A DNA stretch of 64,000 bases from an uncultured virus (IMG/VR IMGVR_UViG_3300042518_000937) (Duplodnaviria > Heunggongvirae > Uroviricota > Caudoviricetes). Both the position numbers and the translations under genes were made by a program. A model generated the notes under the pieces. It had not been told where the DNA came from. It saw only the letters and a program-made list of their open reading frames with translations, and did not search any database. This document shows positions 47,173 through 56,315 of the stretch, in pieces. Positions within the stretch are counted from its first letter, which is position 1. Each line of letters begins with the position of its first letter. The stretch is from the IMG/VR virus record IMGVR_UViG_3300042518_000937, one strand, 5' to 3'.

Positions 47173-47514
47173 ATGCCGTGCAACACGAAGCTCAAGCAGG
47201 GGCAGACCATCGCCCAGCGTGCCGCCGAGTTGCGTAAGCGCGGCGAGCAGGTGGACAAGCTGCTCGCCGCTGGCCGTGTCAACGCTGTGGTCGGCAAGCA
47301 GGGCAGCATCACGTTCACCGGCATCCCCGAGGACGTGCGTGACGGTATGACCGATGCGTGTGTGTATCGGGCGATCATGGCGCGTGGCAGCCATCAGGCG
47401 AAGATGGCTATCGCCAAGGCTGAACGGCTGGCTGGTCGGGCGGTGGACAAGAAGGTGGTCGCCCAGGGCGTCCACTCCCATGACGGCGGTGCGACATGGC
47501 ATCCGCGGGGGTAG
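47173..47514 (+). CDS. Hypothetical protein, AAA-associated
   Basis: AAGGGG RBS; MPC N-terminus; HSHDGG.TWH C-terminus. Confidence 0.65.
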   Translation: MPCNTKLKQGQTIAQRAAELRKRGEQVDKLLAAGRVNAVVGKQGSITFTGIPEDVRDGMTDACVYRAIMARGSHQAKMAIAKAERLAGRAVDKKVVAQGVHSHDGGATWHPRG

Positions 47515-47656
47515 AAGTTGAGGTTGGGCTGCCCATTCCTGGGTATCCCGACTTCACCCGCTGTTCGTCAGCACGTTTCTGCCGCGCCCTGCGGTGGGAA
47601 TGCCAGAAAGGCGGTGTTGCGATCTGCAACGCCACCCCACAAGAAGGAGGTATCAA

Positions 47657-48022
47657 GTGCGCTTGACGCGCAGCGATCATCACGATCTGGAACCGACCGT
47701 TCGGGTGCGGTCTCCGCGATCCGACGATCACCGGCAGATGGAAAAACTGCTGCCGTGGTTCACCCCGCTTCTCGTCTACCGGATGGACGACGAGGACTGG
47801 GTTCGCTGGCATGTCCCGCAGCCCGTCGCTGAGGATATCGGCATTTCCGGCGGCTGCGCCTGCTGCGGCTCCGGCGCCCTCGAGGTTGAGGGCGGCTTCC
47901 ACGTCGACACGGCGTGGAGCGAAACAGGCTGGTGGCTCACCGAGAACGGTTACGAGTTGCCTGCCTACGGTGTTGCAGATCGCAACACCGACACCCCACA
48001 GAAAGAAGGTAAAGAGCAGTGA
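47657..48022 (+). CDS. Hypothetical protein
   Basis: AAGGAGGT RBS; palindrome and CCCCAC leader. Confidence 0.55.
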   Translation: MRLTRSDHHDLEPTVRVRSPRSDDHRQMEKLLPWFTPLLVYRMDDEDWVRWHVPQPVAEDIGISGGCACCGSGALEVEGGFHVDTAWSETGWWLTENGYELPAYGVADRNTDTPQKEGKEQ

Positions 48023-49509
48023 CCACATCAATTCCCAACGGAGTGCTGGAACATCTCGACCCGAACGCCATCGAGGTCGAGGTCAACGTGAGGACCGAGG
48101 CGTCGCTCACCAAGCAGTTCATCGCCTCCATCAAGGAGCAGGGCGTGCTGGTGCCCGTCGTGGCTGTCCGTGAGGACGGCAAGGTCAAGGTGCGTGCTGG
48201 CCAAAGGCGCACCCTGGCCGCCCGTGAGGCGGGCCTGACGTCGATCCCGGTGTACATCGCCAACACCGACCTCGATACCGCCACCCGGCTGTCGCAGCAG
48301 ATCGTGGAGAACGATCAGCGTCTGGCGCTGTCGGCAACTGACCGGGTGAAGGGCATTCAGCAGTTGCTCGACACCGGGCTGTCGATGACCAAGGTCGCCA
48401 AGCGGCTGTCGGTGTCGCCGGAGCGGGTGAAGAAGTCCAAGGTGGTGGCCGAGTCGGAGACGGCGATGGCTGCGCTGGACGCCGGGACGGTGACCCTGGA
48501 CGAGGCCGCGGCGCTGGCCGAGTTCGCCGACGACGAGAACGCGGTGGAGCGTCTGATGCGGGCGGTGGGCCGTTCCTACTTCGAGCATGAAGTGGAGCGT
48601 CTGCGTCAGGATCGGCAGGCCGCTCTGGATCGGGAGGCCGCTGCGGGTCCGTGGCGAGAGCAGGGTTTCGCTGTCATCCAGCGCCGGGATGCCGTCGACA
48701 TGGAGGCGTGGCCGTTGTCGGCCCTGCTGACGGAGGGCGGCGACGCGGTGTTCGACGTCCAGCTTGCGGTGAAGGACCCGGCGAACTGGGCGATCACGCT
48801 GTCGGACGAAGCGGTGTTCACCGACACCGACGGCAGCCCGGTCGACGAGTCGCTGATCGACTGGGCGACGGAGGACGATCCCGAGGCTGAGGCCAAGGAG
48901 GGGATGCTGCACTGCGACTCGGTGGTGGAGAAGGTGGCGTGGGTTCCCGACGTGTACTACTGCTTGAATCCGGAGGCCGAGGGCCTGACGGTCAGCAGCT
49001 GGTACAAGGCGACCGGCGCGGCACCGATGCCCGACCTGTCGTCGGAGGATCTGGAGCGCAAGGCCGCGGAGAAGGCTGAGCGCCGCCGGGTGATCGTGCT
49101 GAACAAGGCCGGCGACGCAGCACAGACAGTGCGCCGCAAGTTCGTCACCGAGTTGTTGCAGCGCAAAACCCCCCCGAAGGGCACTGCGCCGTTCGTGGCG
49201 GAGCGGCTGATCGCCGACCCGTATCTGCTGCAGCGGGGCGGTGATGTCGCCAGCGAGTTGCTGGGGGCCGACATTCGGTCGGGGGAGTTGCTGGATCATG
49301 TCAGCGATGCCCGCGCCGAGGTTGTGCTGCTGGGCGTGGCGTTGGGTTCGCTGGAGTTCGCAACGGGCCGCGACAAGTGGCGCACCCCTGACGCCTCGTC
49401 GTCGGCGTACCTGCGGTTTCTGGCGGCGAACGGCTACGGCCTGTCGGCGGTGGAGCAGGTCATCGTCGGCGAGAAGTCGGCGGACCGCTGCTACGAGGAA
49501 CTGGCCTGA
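48019..49509 (+). CDS. parB: ParB/RepB/Spo0J-family protein
   Basis: SIKEQGVLVPV, AGQRR (GxRR), VENDQR, HTH GLSMTKVAKRLSVS; long C-terminal extension. Confidence 0.85.
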   Translation: MTTSIPNGVLEHLDPNAIEVEVNVRTEASLTKQFIASIKEQGVLVPVVAVREDGKVKVRAGQRRTLAAREAGLTSIPVYIANTDLDTATRLSQQIVENDQRLALSATDRVKGIQQLLDTGLSMTKVAKRLSVSPERVKKSKVVAESETAMAALDAGTVTLDEAAALAEFADDENAVERLMRAVGRSYFEHEVERLRQDRQAALDREAAAGPWREQGFAVIQRRDAVDMEAWPLSALLTEGGDAVFDVQLAVKDPANWAITLSDEAVFTDTDGSPVDESLIDWATEDDPEAEAKEGMLHCDSVVEKVAWVPDVYYCLNPEAEGLTVSSWYKATGAAPMPDLSSEDLERKAAEKAERRRVIVLNKAGDAAQTVRRKFVTELLQRKTPPKGTAPFVAERLIADPYLLQRGGDVASELLGADIRSGELLDHVSDARAEVVLLGVALGSLEFATGRDKWRTPDASSSAYLRFLAANGYGLSAVEQVIVGEKSADRCYEELA

Positions 49510-49727
49510 TGTCGGGTCCGGATAGCATCACCGTTCCGGTGTCTCTTGAAGTGCTGGCTGACGGCAATGTGTTGTTGACGTTTGGCCCGATGTCTCCCGC
49601 CGAGTTGCTGGATGCGTTGGCTCAGCTGGAGACGGCCGAGGGGCAGGACTCGTTTCATCAGCAGTTGGTGGAGGGGTTGCGGCGGGCGAAGGAGCAGTGG
49701 GAATCTGCTGTCGATCCTGCCGAGTAG
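49509..49727 (+). CDS. Hypothetical protein
   Basis: TGATG overlap with parB. Confidence 0.5.
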   Translation: MSGPDSITVPVSLEVLADGNVLLTFGPMSPAELLDALAQLETAEGQDSFHQQLVEGLRRAKEQWESAVDPAE

Positions 49728-49735
49728 CCACCCCC

Positions 49736-49764
49736 TTGACAAAAGCCCACGTCTAGGGTATAAT
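49736..49764 (+). promoter_or_regulatory. Consensus SigA promoter
   Basis: TTGACA-17 nt-TATAAT. Confidence 0.85.
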
Positions 49765-49866
49765 AATAAGTGAAGGGTTGAAGTCTGCCCGCCGGGGGTC
49801 ACGCGCCCCCGGTGGGCACCCTCACCGTGTTGCAAACCGCAACACAGACCAGAAAGGAATACGCAC

Positions 49867-50145
49867 ATGCGGCAATGCCTGGTCTGCGGCGGGGCCTTCG
49901 ACGCTCCACTCCGCCGCGGACGGCCACCGGAGACATGCTCGCCGGAATGCCTCAACAAACGCAAGAGCCAGCAGCGACGCGAAACGAAAGAGCGCGCCAT
50001 CGCCCGAGGTTGCCCCCCGGAAATGCACGGCACACAGACCGGCGCCACGCACTACGAGTGCCACTGCCCCAAGTGTCGCATGTGGTGGCGCGACTACCAG
50101 CGAGCCAGGCGAGCAGCCCGAAAGGCTGCCGCCGCAACAACCTGA
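49867..50145 (+). CDS. Zinc-finger protein
   Basis: CLVC...CSPEC and HGT...CHCPKC; AAAGGA RBS. Confidence 0.65.
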   Translation: MRQCLVCGGAFDAPLRRGRPPETCSPECLNKRKSQQRRETKERAIARGCPPEMHGTQTGATHYECHCPKCRMWWRDYQRARRAARKAAAATT

Positions 50146-50200
50146 GTGTTGCAAACCGCAACACCAGCTTTCCCCACGAAAGAAAGAGAGAAACCCCATC

Positions 50201-51079
50201 ATGGCTGCACCCTCCACCCGCTCGATTGCGAATCTCGACCTGACCGTCGGGCTGGTTTCCTGCCCGGTCAAGATGGTCGGCGTCATCGAAAACCATGACC
50301 GCAAAGGTTCGATGTACCACCAGCACGACGACGGCAGCTACGGCAAAGTCAAGATGCCCAAGTCCTGCGAGGGCTGCGGCGAAACGCTGTCCTCGCACGA
50401 CATCTGCAAGGGCTTCGATGAGAACGGCGAAACCGTCGTGCTCACCGCTTCCGAACTGGAAACGATCGCCGCCAACACCGGCTCGTCGCTGGAAGTTCCG
50501 CACTTCGTCAAGGCCGATCAGATCGACCCGATGCTGTTCGCCGACCAGAACGCCTACCGGCTGATCCCCGACCCCAAGCGCAAGCAGGCCGAGGTCACCT
50601 ACCGGATGATCCGCGGAGTGCTCAACGAGCAGGGCATCGTCGGCATCGTTACCTACGTCCGGTGGGGGCGCAACCATCTGGCGCTGCTCGACGTCGAGCA
50701 GACCACCGGCTCGCTGATTATCCGCAACATGATGTGGCCAGACGAGTTGCGCGAGGCCAGCGGTGTGCCCGACTCCGACGCCGACGTCGATCCCCGGCTG
50801 ATGCCGGTGATGCGGACCCTGGCCGAGTCGATGACCAAGGACTGGCGCCCGTCGGACTACACCGACGCCTACACCGACAACCTCAACGAGGCGATCAGCG
50901 TCAAAGCCGCTGGTGGGGAGATCGCCAGCATCGCCGGTGGCGGTGGCGACAACGCGATCACCGATGTGTCGGACCTGCTCGCCAAGCTGGAAGCGTCGAT
51001 CGAAGCCAAGGCTCCCGCCGAGGCACCCGTCTCCCCCAAGAAGGCACCCGCCAAGCGTGCCGCCAAGAAAGCCAGCTAG
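50201..51079 (+). CDS. ku: Ku-like DNA end-binding protein
   Basis: RSI...GLVSCPVKM, DICKGF, MWPDELR, YTDAYT, DLLAKLEAS, basic tail. Confidence 0.9.
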   Translation: MAAPSTRSIANLDLTVGLVSCPVKMVGVIENHDRKGSMYHQHDDGSYGKVKMPKSCEGCGETLSSHDICKGFDENGETVVLTASELETIAANTGSSLEVPHFVKADQIDPMLFADQNAYRLIPDPKRKQAEVTYRMIRGVLNEQGIVGIVTYVRWGRNHLALLDVEQTTGSLIIRNMMWPDELREASGVPDSDADVDPRLMPVMRTLAESMTKDWRPSDYTDAYTDNLNEAISVKAAGGEIASIAGGGGDNAITDVSDLLAKLEASIEAKAPAEAPVSPKKAPAKRAAKKAS

Positions 51080-51205
51080 TCGCTGGGCCGCTTTACCCCG
51101 TCGCCGGGCACCCGGCGGCGGGCATGGCTGTCCAGAGCCAACCCGCAGCAGAGCAATCCCGCCCTGTTGCACATCGCAACACCCCACCGAAAGGAAACAC
51201 ACTCA

Positions 51206-52258
51206 GTGTCCAAGCAGTTGAAAATCTTCGCCGACCAACTCGCCAAGGAAGTCGCCTGGCTGAACAAGATGCCCGCCGTCGAACCGGTGTCAGCGGTCAT
51301 CCAGATCACTGCCGTCATCGGCGCGGTGATCGTGCGCCGCGTCAGCGACGACCAGTACCGGGAAGCGGTAGTCCCGGCGATCGGCGGCGATCAGGTCAGC
51401 ATCACGGTGGCAGCCAACAAGCTGCTCGACGCGCTGAAGTCGCTGGAAGGGTCGCTCACTATCACCATCAACGACGAGGACTTGACGTTGGAGTCCTCCG
51501 AGCGGAAGGTGACCATCCGGTCAGCCAGCAGCGCGGTCGAGTTCCCCGAGTGGCCGCAATTCACCGGCCGGGGGTTCGGGGTGCTGATGCCCGACAACCT
51601 CAAGCAGGTGCTGACCTCCGTCGGCAACGACGACAACCTTCCCCAACTGAAGAACGTCGCGTTCGACAGCGGAACGATGGTCTCAACCGACCGTCACCGG
51701 CTGACTCGCGTCACCTACGACGGGTCAGGCTTCACCGGCAAGGTCAACTCGTCGGCGCTGAGGGCGTTCGTCAAGGCCAGCACTGCGGTGTTCGTCGAGG
51801 CGGGCACGGTCGGCGATCAGCCGTGGGTGCAGCTTCGGTCTGACGGGCGCAGTTGCACCAGCCCGATGGCCGATGTGGACTTTCCGAACTGGCGCAAGCT
51901 CATACCGGAAGACCAGCCCCTGAAGGTGATGTTCGACCGTGAGCAGATGCTCAAGGCGATCACCGGAACCGAAACCAGCCTCACCATCACCGGCGGCTCG
52001 ATCACCGTGGTGAGCGAAAGCGGCGACGGAATCTGCACCGAGCAGAAGGTCAACCTGTATCAGACGATGCAGAACGAGTTCGATGAGCCGGTGACGGTAA
52101 GCGTCTCATCGAAGTTCCTCGCGGACAGCCTGCGGGGACTCGGGTCGAAGTTGGTGGTGTTGGGCATCACGTCGCCAACCTCGCCGGTGGTGATCTCTGA
52201 CCTCACCGATGCGCTGCATCTGGTCATGCCGATCAAGAAAGCCGCCGAGGCTAGCTAG
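51206..52258 (+). CDS. dnaN: DNA polymerase III beta sliding clamp
   Basis: EFPEWP, STDRHRL, FPNWRKLIP, LVMPI motifs; about 350 aa. Confidence 0.85.
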   Translation: MSKQLKIFADQLAKEVAWLNKMPAVEPVSAVIQITAVIGAVIVRRVSDDQYREAVVPAIGGDQVSITVAANKLLDALKSLEGSLTITINDEDLTLESSERKVTIRSASSAVEFPEWPQFTGRGFGVLMPDNLKQVLTSVGNDDNLPQLKNVAFDSGTMVSTDRHRLTRVTYDGSGFTGKVNSSALRAFVKASTAVFVEAGTVGDQPWVQLRSDGRSCTSPMADVDFPNWRKLIPEDQPLKVMFDREQMLKAITGTETSLTITGGSITVVSESGDGICTEQKVNLYQTMQNEFDEPVTVSVSSKFLADSLRGLGSKLVVLGITSPTSPVVISDLTDALHLVMPIKKAAEAS

Positions 52259-52374
52259 AAAGTGGAGTGGCCCCGGACCGGCTTTTGGCTGGTCTGGGGC
52301 CACTCGCTCCAACTTTCCCCACGAAAGCAGGATGCCCAAAGGGGCACCTTTACCTTACAGGAGTTCAACCCAGC

Positions 52375-52983
52375 ATGAAAACACTGAATAAGGCGCAGCA
52401 GTTCATCGAGTTCTCGTCGCTGTCCCTGGAGGACGGGCAAGACTTCGTTCCATTCATCATCATCATCGACGACCAGGACCGCGAGTTCTTCGTCGGCTTC
52501 GGGCAGATGCCCACCGAGCCGGAAGCCAAAGATCAACTGGCCGACATCATCATGGCGCTGTGCGTGGTTCACGGCGCGGTCGAGGCGGCGTTCGGCAGCG
52601 CAGCGTGGTCTGCGGCAGCCGAATTGAATGATGACCTTAAAGTGCCGCCATCGAAGCGCCCCAACCGACAAGAGGTGGCGATCGTCAGCGCCGCCAACAA
52701 TGCGGGCGTCAGCAATGTGAGCATTGCTTCGGTGGTTCGGGAGGGCGGCAAGGTGGGGATCGGACTGTGGGAGCTTCCCGACAAGGCCATTGCCGGCCGC
52801 TTCGCCGAGGCTCTGCACATGGGCCTCAAGCTGAGCAACAAGATCCCCGCCGAGATTCGCGCTTTCCTGCGCGAGCAGATCGAGGCGGGACTTCTGCAGG
52901 AAATCCTCATGAGCACCACGAATGTCATCAGTGAGGCTCGCCGCACCGGAATGACGATCGAGAAGGGAGCGTGGAAAAAGTGA
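52375..52983 (+). CDS. Hypothetical protein
   Basis: AGGAG RBS. Confidence 0.6.
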   Translation: MKTLNKAQQFIEFSSLSLEDGQDFVPFIIIIDDQDREFFVGFGQMPTEPEAKDQLADIIMALCVVHGAVEAAFGSAAWSAAAELNDDLKVPPSKRPNRQEVAIVSAANNAGVSNVSIASVVREGGKVGIGLWELPDKAIAGRFAEALHMGLKLSNKIPAEIRAFLREQIEAGLLQEILMSTTNVISEARRTGMTIEKGAWKK

Positions 52984-53711
52984 CTGTTGCAAAACGCAAC
53001 ACTGAGAACATAATGCGGGACTTCCAGAAGCTGCTCGAAACCCGAGAAGAACTGGACCCCATGCTGGCGATGTACATCGACGACGGTCCGGCAGGGCCGT
53101 CAATCAAGCACCCGCTGGTGTTCAGCATTGCTCACAATTCGATGATGAACGCTCTCGTCAACGCTCAGTTCAAGGCCAAGAAAGAGGCGTTGGAGAAGGC
53201 CAAAGACCGATGCGATTGGGAAACCTGCGTGTGGCTTCATGAGCGCCCATACCGGCTCGACGCTTTCCTCGACATCAGCTGGCGTCTGGACGGCCCCCGA
53301 TACTGGGAGCTTCTGGGTCAGGTGTGGTCGGACACCGAAAACGCCTGGCAGAACAAAAGCGAATGGCGGGAGGTTCTCATCGCCGACGCCGAGGGTCGGG
53401 AAATGATGTCCGACCCCGATGTGCGATGCGTGTTCGACCTCCCGCCGGAGAAGGGGGGGCTGCTGCCGATGACCCGCATCTACCGCGGCTACTGCTTCGA
53501 CGATGCGCTGCAGGGGTATAGCTGGACCCTCGACAAGGCGCGGGCCAGGTGGTTCGCCAACCGTCTGCGTCAGGACGATCACCCGTCACCGAAGATCGCC
53601 AGCGGGTTCGTCGCCAAAGAGCATGTCATCGCGTACATCACCGGCCGCGATGAGGCCGAAATCGTGACCCTGCCCGAGCATGTGACCCAGCTTGAGATTG
53701 AGGAGGCCTGA
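52980..53711 (+). CDS. Hypothetical protein with an ADP-ribosyltransferase-like motif pattern
   Basis: IYRG...SWTLD...A.WFA...E.E motif order. Confidence 0.5.
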   Translation: MTVAKRNTENIMRDFQKLLETREELDPMLAMYIDDGPAGPSIKHPLVFSIAHNSMMNALVNAQFKAKKEALEKAKDRCDWETCVWLHERPYRLDAFLDISWRLDGPRYWELLGQVWSDTENAWQNKSEWREVLIADAEGREMMSDPDVRCVFDLPPEKGGLLPMTRIYRGYCFDDALQGYSWTLDKARARWFANRLRQDDHPSPKIASGFVAKEHVIAYITGRDEAEIVTLPEHVTQLEIEEA

Positions 53712-53866
53712 CATGGGATGGGAAAACGACGAATGGCGTGCAGCGCAAGACGACACCCCGGTGCGCCGGTTCGCCGGTGGCATCGAGATTGTCGGTGACA
53801 AGTCCGACGCGCTGGGCGAACGCCCTGTTGCAGAACGCAACACCGACGACGAAGAGGGAGATAGTG

Positions 53867-54115
53867 ATGGCAGTTGATCGAACAGTCATCAAGTTCGACG
53901 TCCGACCCGTTGAGGGCGGCGATGGCAAGCTGACCGCCCTTAAGGTGCAGCGCACAGAGCGGGTAAAGCGGGTTTCCGATACGGGAAAAACGCTGAACTA
54001 CGGAGTCACCAAAGATGTGGGTGAACCGTTTGAGATTCCGATCGGTCATGTTGCCGATCTGATCCGTGAACTGGCCGACTGGCCGATTTGGTATGCAACC
54101 GGAAAGGACGATTGA
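53867..54115 (+). CDS. Hypothetical protein
   Basis: GAGGGAG RBS. Confidence 0.5.
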   Translation: MAVDRTVIKFDVRPVEGGDGKLTALKVQRTERVKRVSDTGKTLNYGVTKDVGEPFEIPIGHVADLIRELADWPIWYATGKDD

Positions 54116-54117
54116 AA

Positions 54118-54552
54118 ATGGGATACCGCGTCAGCACATGGGAAGTGGACTTCCACATTCCCGCCGACAAGATCGCCGCAGCGTTGGCCGACATCTCGGC
54201 GTTGCAGCGGCCCTGCTGGAACCGCAACCACGCCACAGGCACGGCGCACAACTGCCAGCGCCTCAAGCCGTTCGACTCGCTGACCGAGGCGGTGGAGGAA
54301 CTGACCGGGTTCCACGACTGCGAAGAGAGCGACGTTGACGGATTCAATCTGGGGCAGCACCTGGACAAGTGGATGGGCACCACCGACGACGTGCTGCATG
54401 CGCTGGGCCGTCACGCCACCGAAGGCTCCTACGTCCGGCTGGTCGGCGAAGATTACGGACTGTTCGGGTATCGCGTGGTGGACGGCAGGACGCACATCGA
54501 AGATGCGACCGTCACCTGGACGGTATCACCGACTGCGATGAAGGCCGAGTGA
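54118..54552 (+). CDS. Hypothetical protein
   Basis: AAAGGA RBS; EGSY...GED motif. Confidence 0.55.
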   Translation: MGYRVSTWEVDFHIPADKIAAALADISALQRPCWNRNHATGTAHNCQRLKPFDSLTEAVEELTGFHDCEESDVDGFNLGQHLDKWMGTTDDVLHALGRHATEGSYVRLVGEDYGLFGYRVVDGRTHIEDATVTWTVSPTAMKAE

Positions 54553-54938
54553 TGGGCATCTACATCAACGGCGACCACAACAGCGTCAACATCAACGGCG
54601 ACTACATCAGCGAGAACGACTTCGGTAATAGCTACTCCGGCTGCTACGGGCAGAAGCCGCCGATCGGTTTCTTCGGTCTGCTGGGCATCATCATGCTGCT
54701 CATCTGGCTGCTCATCAAGTTCTGGTGGATTGTGCTGATCGTCGCCAGCCTGGGGGCGCTTGCGTTCGCAGCGCACCTGGAGCGGGAAGACAGGCATCGC
54801 GCTCAAGTCGAGGCACGAAACCGGGAAGAGTTGCTCGCTGAACGCGCCGAGCGTCAGAACGCCGCGTACCTGCGAGGAGAGCCGTTGGGAACCTACGGGA
54901 TCTACCCGCCGCCGCCGGGGGTGGAGCGTGAACCGTGA
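54552..54938 (+). CDS. Membrane protein
   Basis: Central hydrophobic stretch; C-terminal coiled coil and GTYGIYPP. Confidence 0.6.
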   Translation: MGIYINGDHNSVNINGDYISENDFGNSYSGCYGQKPPIGFFGLLGIIMLLIWLLIKFWWIVLIVASLGALAFAAHLEREDRHRAQVEARNREELLAERAERQNAAYLRGEPLGTYGIYPPPPGVEREP

Positions 54939-55106
54939 ACGGCTGATCGACCTCATCAACTACCCGTGGATCTACGGGCCGCGGTGGCGGCGGGCTTACC
55001 GCTTCGCCGCGATCCGTGACCGCGGCCTCGCGCAAGAACACATCACCTGGGCGTTAGCCCTCAAAGAGCGTGTTGCAGATCGCAACACGCCACGAGAAGA
55101 AGGAGA

Positions 55107-55478
55107 GTGAACATGCAGTATCCGGTGGGCACGAAAGTTCGGGTGGACAGCCCGAAGCATCCCGGCGTGTGGATCGTGGAATCCAACGGCCCGAAGAACG
55201 CCTCACTGAAGCCGGAAGGTGGGGGCCGGGGGCTGCGCTGCCCCCATTCGCTGCTCCGCCTCGACGACGGAAAAGGTCCGACCATCGTCCCCGTCGAGAT
55301 GTACGCGATGGGGGAGACGGTGACCATCGGTGATCGGTTCCCCGGCATCTACGTCGTCGTCAAAGACGACGGTGGGCCGAGGCTGAATGTCGCCAGGCTG
55401 GGCGGTGACGGCGACAGGTATGTCCGCGCTGGTCGGCCCCTGGTGAAGCGCATCGACGTGAAGGTGGTGCCGCGATGA
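55107..55478 (+). CDS. Hypothetical protein, tandem SH3-like
   Basis: AAGGAG RBS; two similar halves YPVGTKV...PGVWIV and YAMGETV...PGIYVV. Confidence 0.55.
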   Translation: MNMQYPVGTKVRVDSPKHPGVWIVESNGPKNASLKPEGGGRGLRCPHSLLRLDDGKGPTIVPVEMYAMGETVTIGDRFPGIYVVVKDDGGPRLNVARLGGDGDRYVRAGRPLVKRIDVKVVPR

Positions 55479-55726
55479 TTGACATCGAGTGGGCTGACCC
55501 GCCCACCCCCAAGGGCGGTGCTCTGACCCGCCGGGAGCAGAGCGACTTCGCCGAGAAGCTCAAGGAGCATCGGGGGCGGTGGGCGATTCTGCCTGCGGCC
55601 GGCGAGTCGAACCTGGCGATTCGGGCGCTGACTTCCCGCATCAATTGCGGGAGGCAGTCGGCGTTCGGGGAAGGATTCGAAGCTGTTTCCCGCGACGGCG
55701 TGGTGTATGTGAGGTTCGTGGGATGA
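55475..55726 (+). CDS. Small phage protein
   Basis: IEWADPP...GRWA...FEAVSR...VYVRFVG. Confidence 0.6.
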   Translation: MIDIEWADPPTPKGGALTRREQSDFAEKLKEHRGRWAILPAAGESNLAIRALTSRINCGRQSAFGEGFEAVSRDGVVYVRFVG

Positions 55727-55874
55727 GCATCAGCCTTAACGCCAGCGCCCCTCGGAAGTGAGCGCGTCGAAGGAGGCGTACTGGGATAAACACCCTTGCG
55801 CCGTGTGTGGTGAAGCGCCTGCCCTGTTGGGTCTCGATCTGTGCGAGGCGTGCGCCGAAGTGGTTCGGTAAGTT

Positions 55875-55916
55875 GGCCCCCGCCCGTTGCGTGAGCAGCG
55901 GGCGGGGGCCTTCTTT
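55875..55916 (+). terminator. Intrinsic terminator
   Basis: ggcccccgcccgttgc-gtga-gcagcgggcgggggcc then ttcttt. Confidence 0.7.
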
Positions 55917-55943
55917 GTCACAGATTGTGATAGCATTGTCTGT

Positions 55944-56315
55944 ATGAGTGACACAGAAATGTCGGGCGCAGAACTGAAGGTCATGCTGACCGGATTGGGA
56001 CTCACGCCAGGATGGCTGGCCGACCAGCTGCACGTCACCACGCGGACAGTCTTGCGCTGGATGGACCTCGACGTCGTGCCCGCCAGGGCCGTCGCCGCGA
56101 TCGACACCATCTCTGAAATCACCGACTTCGAGATCGAAAAGATGGCGCTCGCCGCCCAAATGAGCGGCGTGATTCGCACACGCCGGACGGAGGAAGGTGT
56201 TGCAGAACGCAACACCCCCCTCCCCGCCACCTGGCATCGGCACCTGACATTTCGGGCGCTGAAGATTCTGCAGGACAGCGACACTCCGGTCAGGGTTGAG
56301 TACGCCACCACATGA
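55944..56315 (+). CDS. Helix-turn-helix protein (YdiL/DUF1870-like)
   Basis: MSGAELK...LGLT..WLA..L.VT.RTV.RW; TAGCAT -10 element 7 nt before ATG. Confidence 0.65.
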   Translation: MSDTEMSGAELKVMLTGLGLTPGWLADQLHVTTRTVLRWMDLDVVPARAVAAIDTISEITDFEIEKMALAAQMSGVIRTRRTEEGVAERNTPLPATWHRHLTFRALKILQDSDTPVRVEYATT

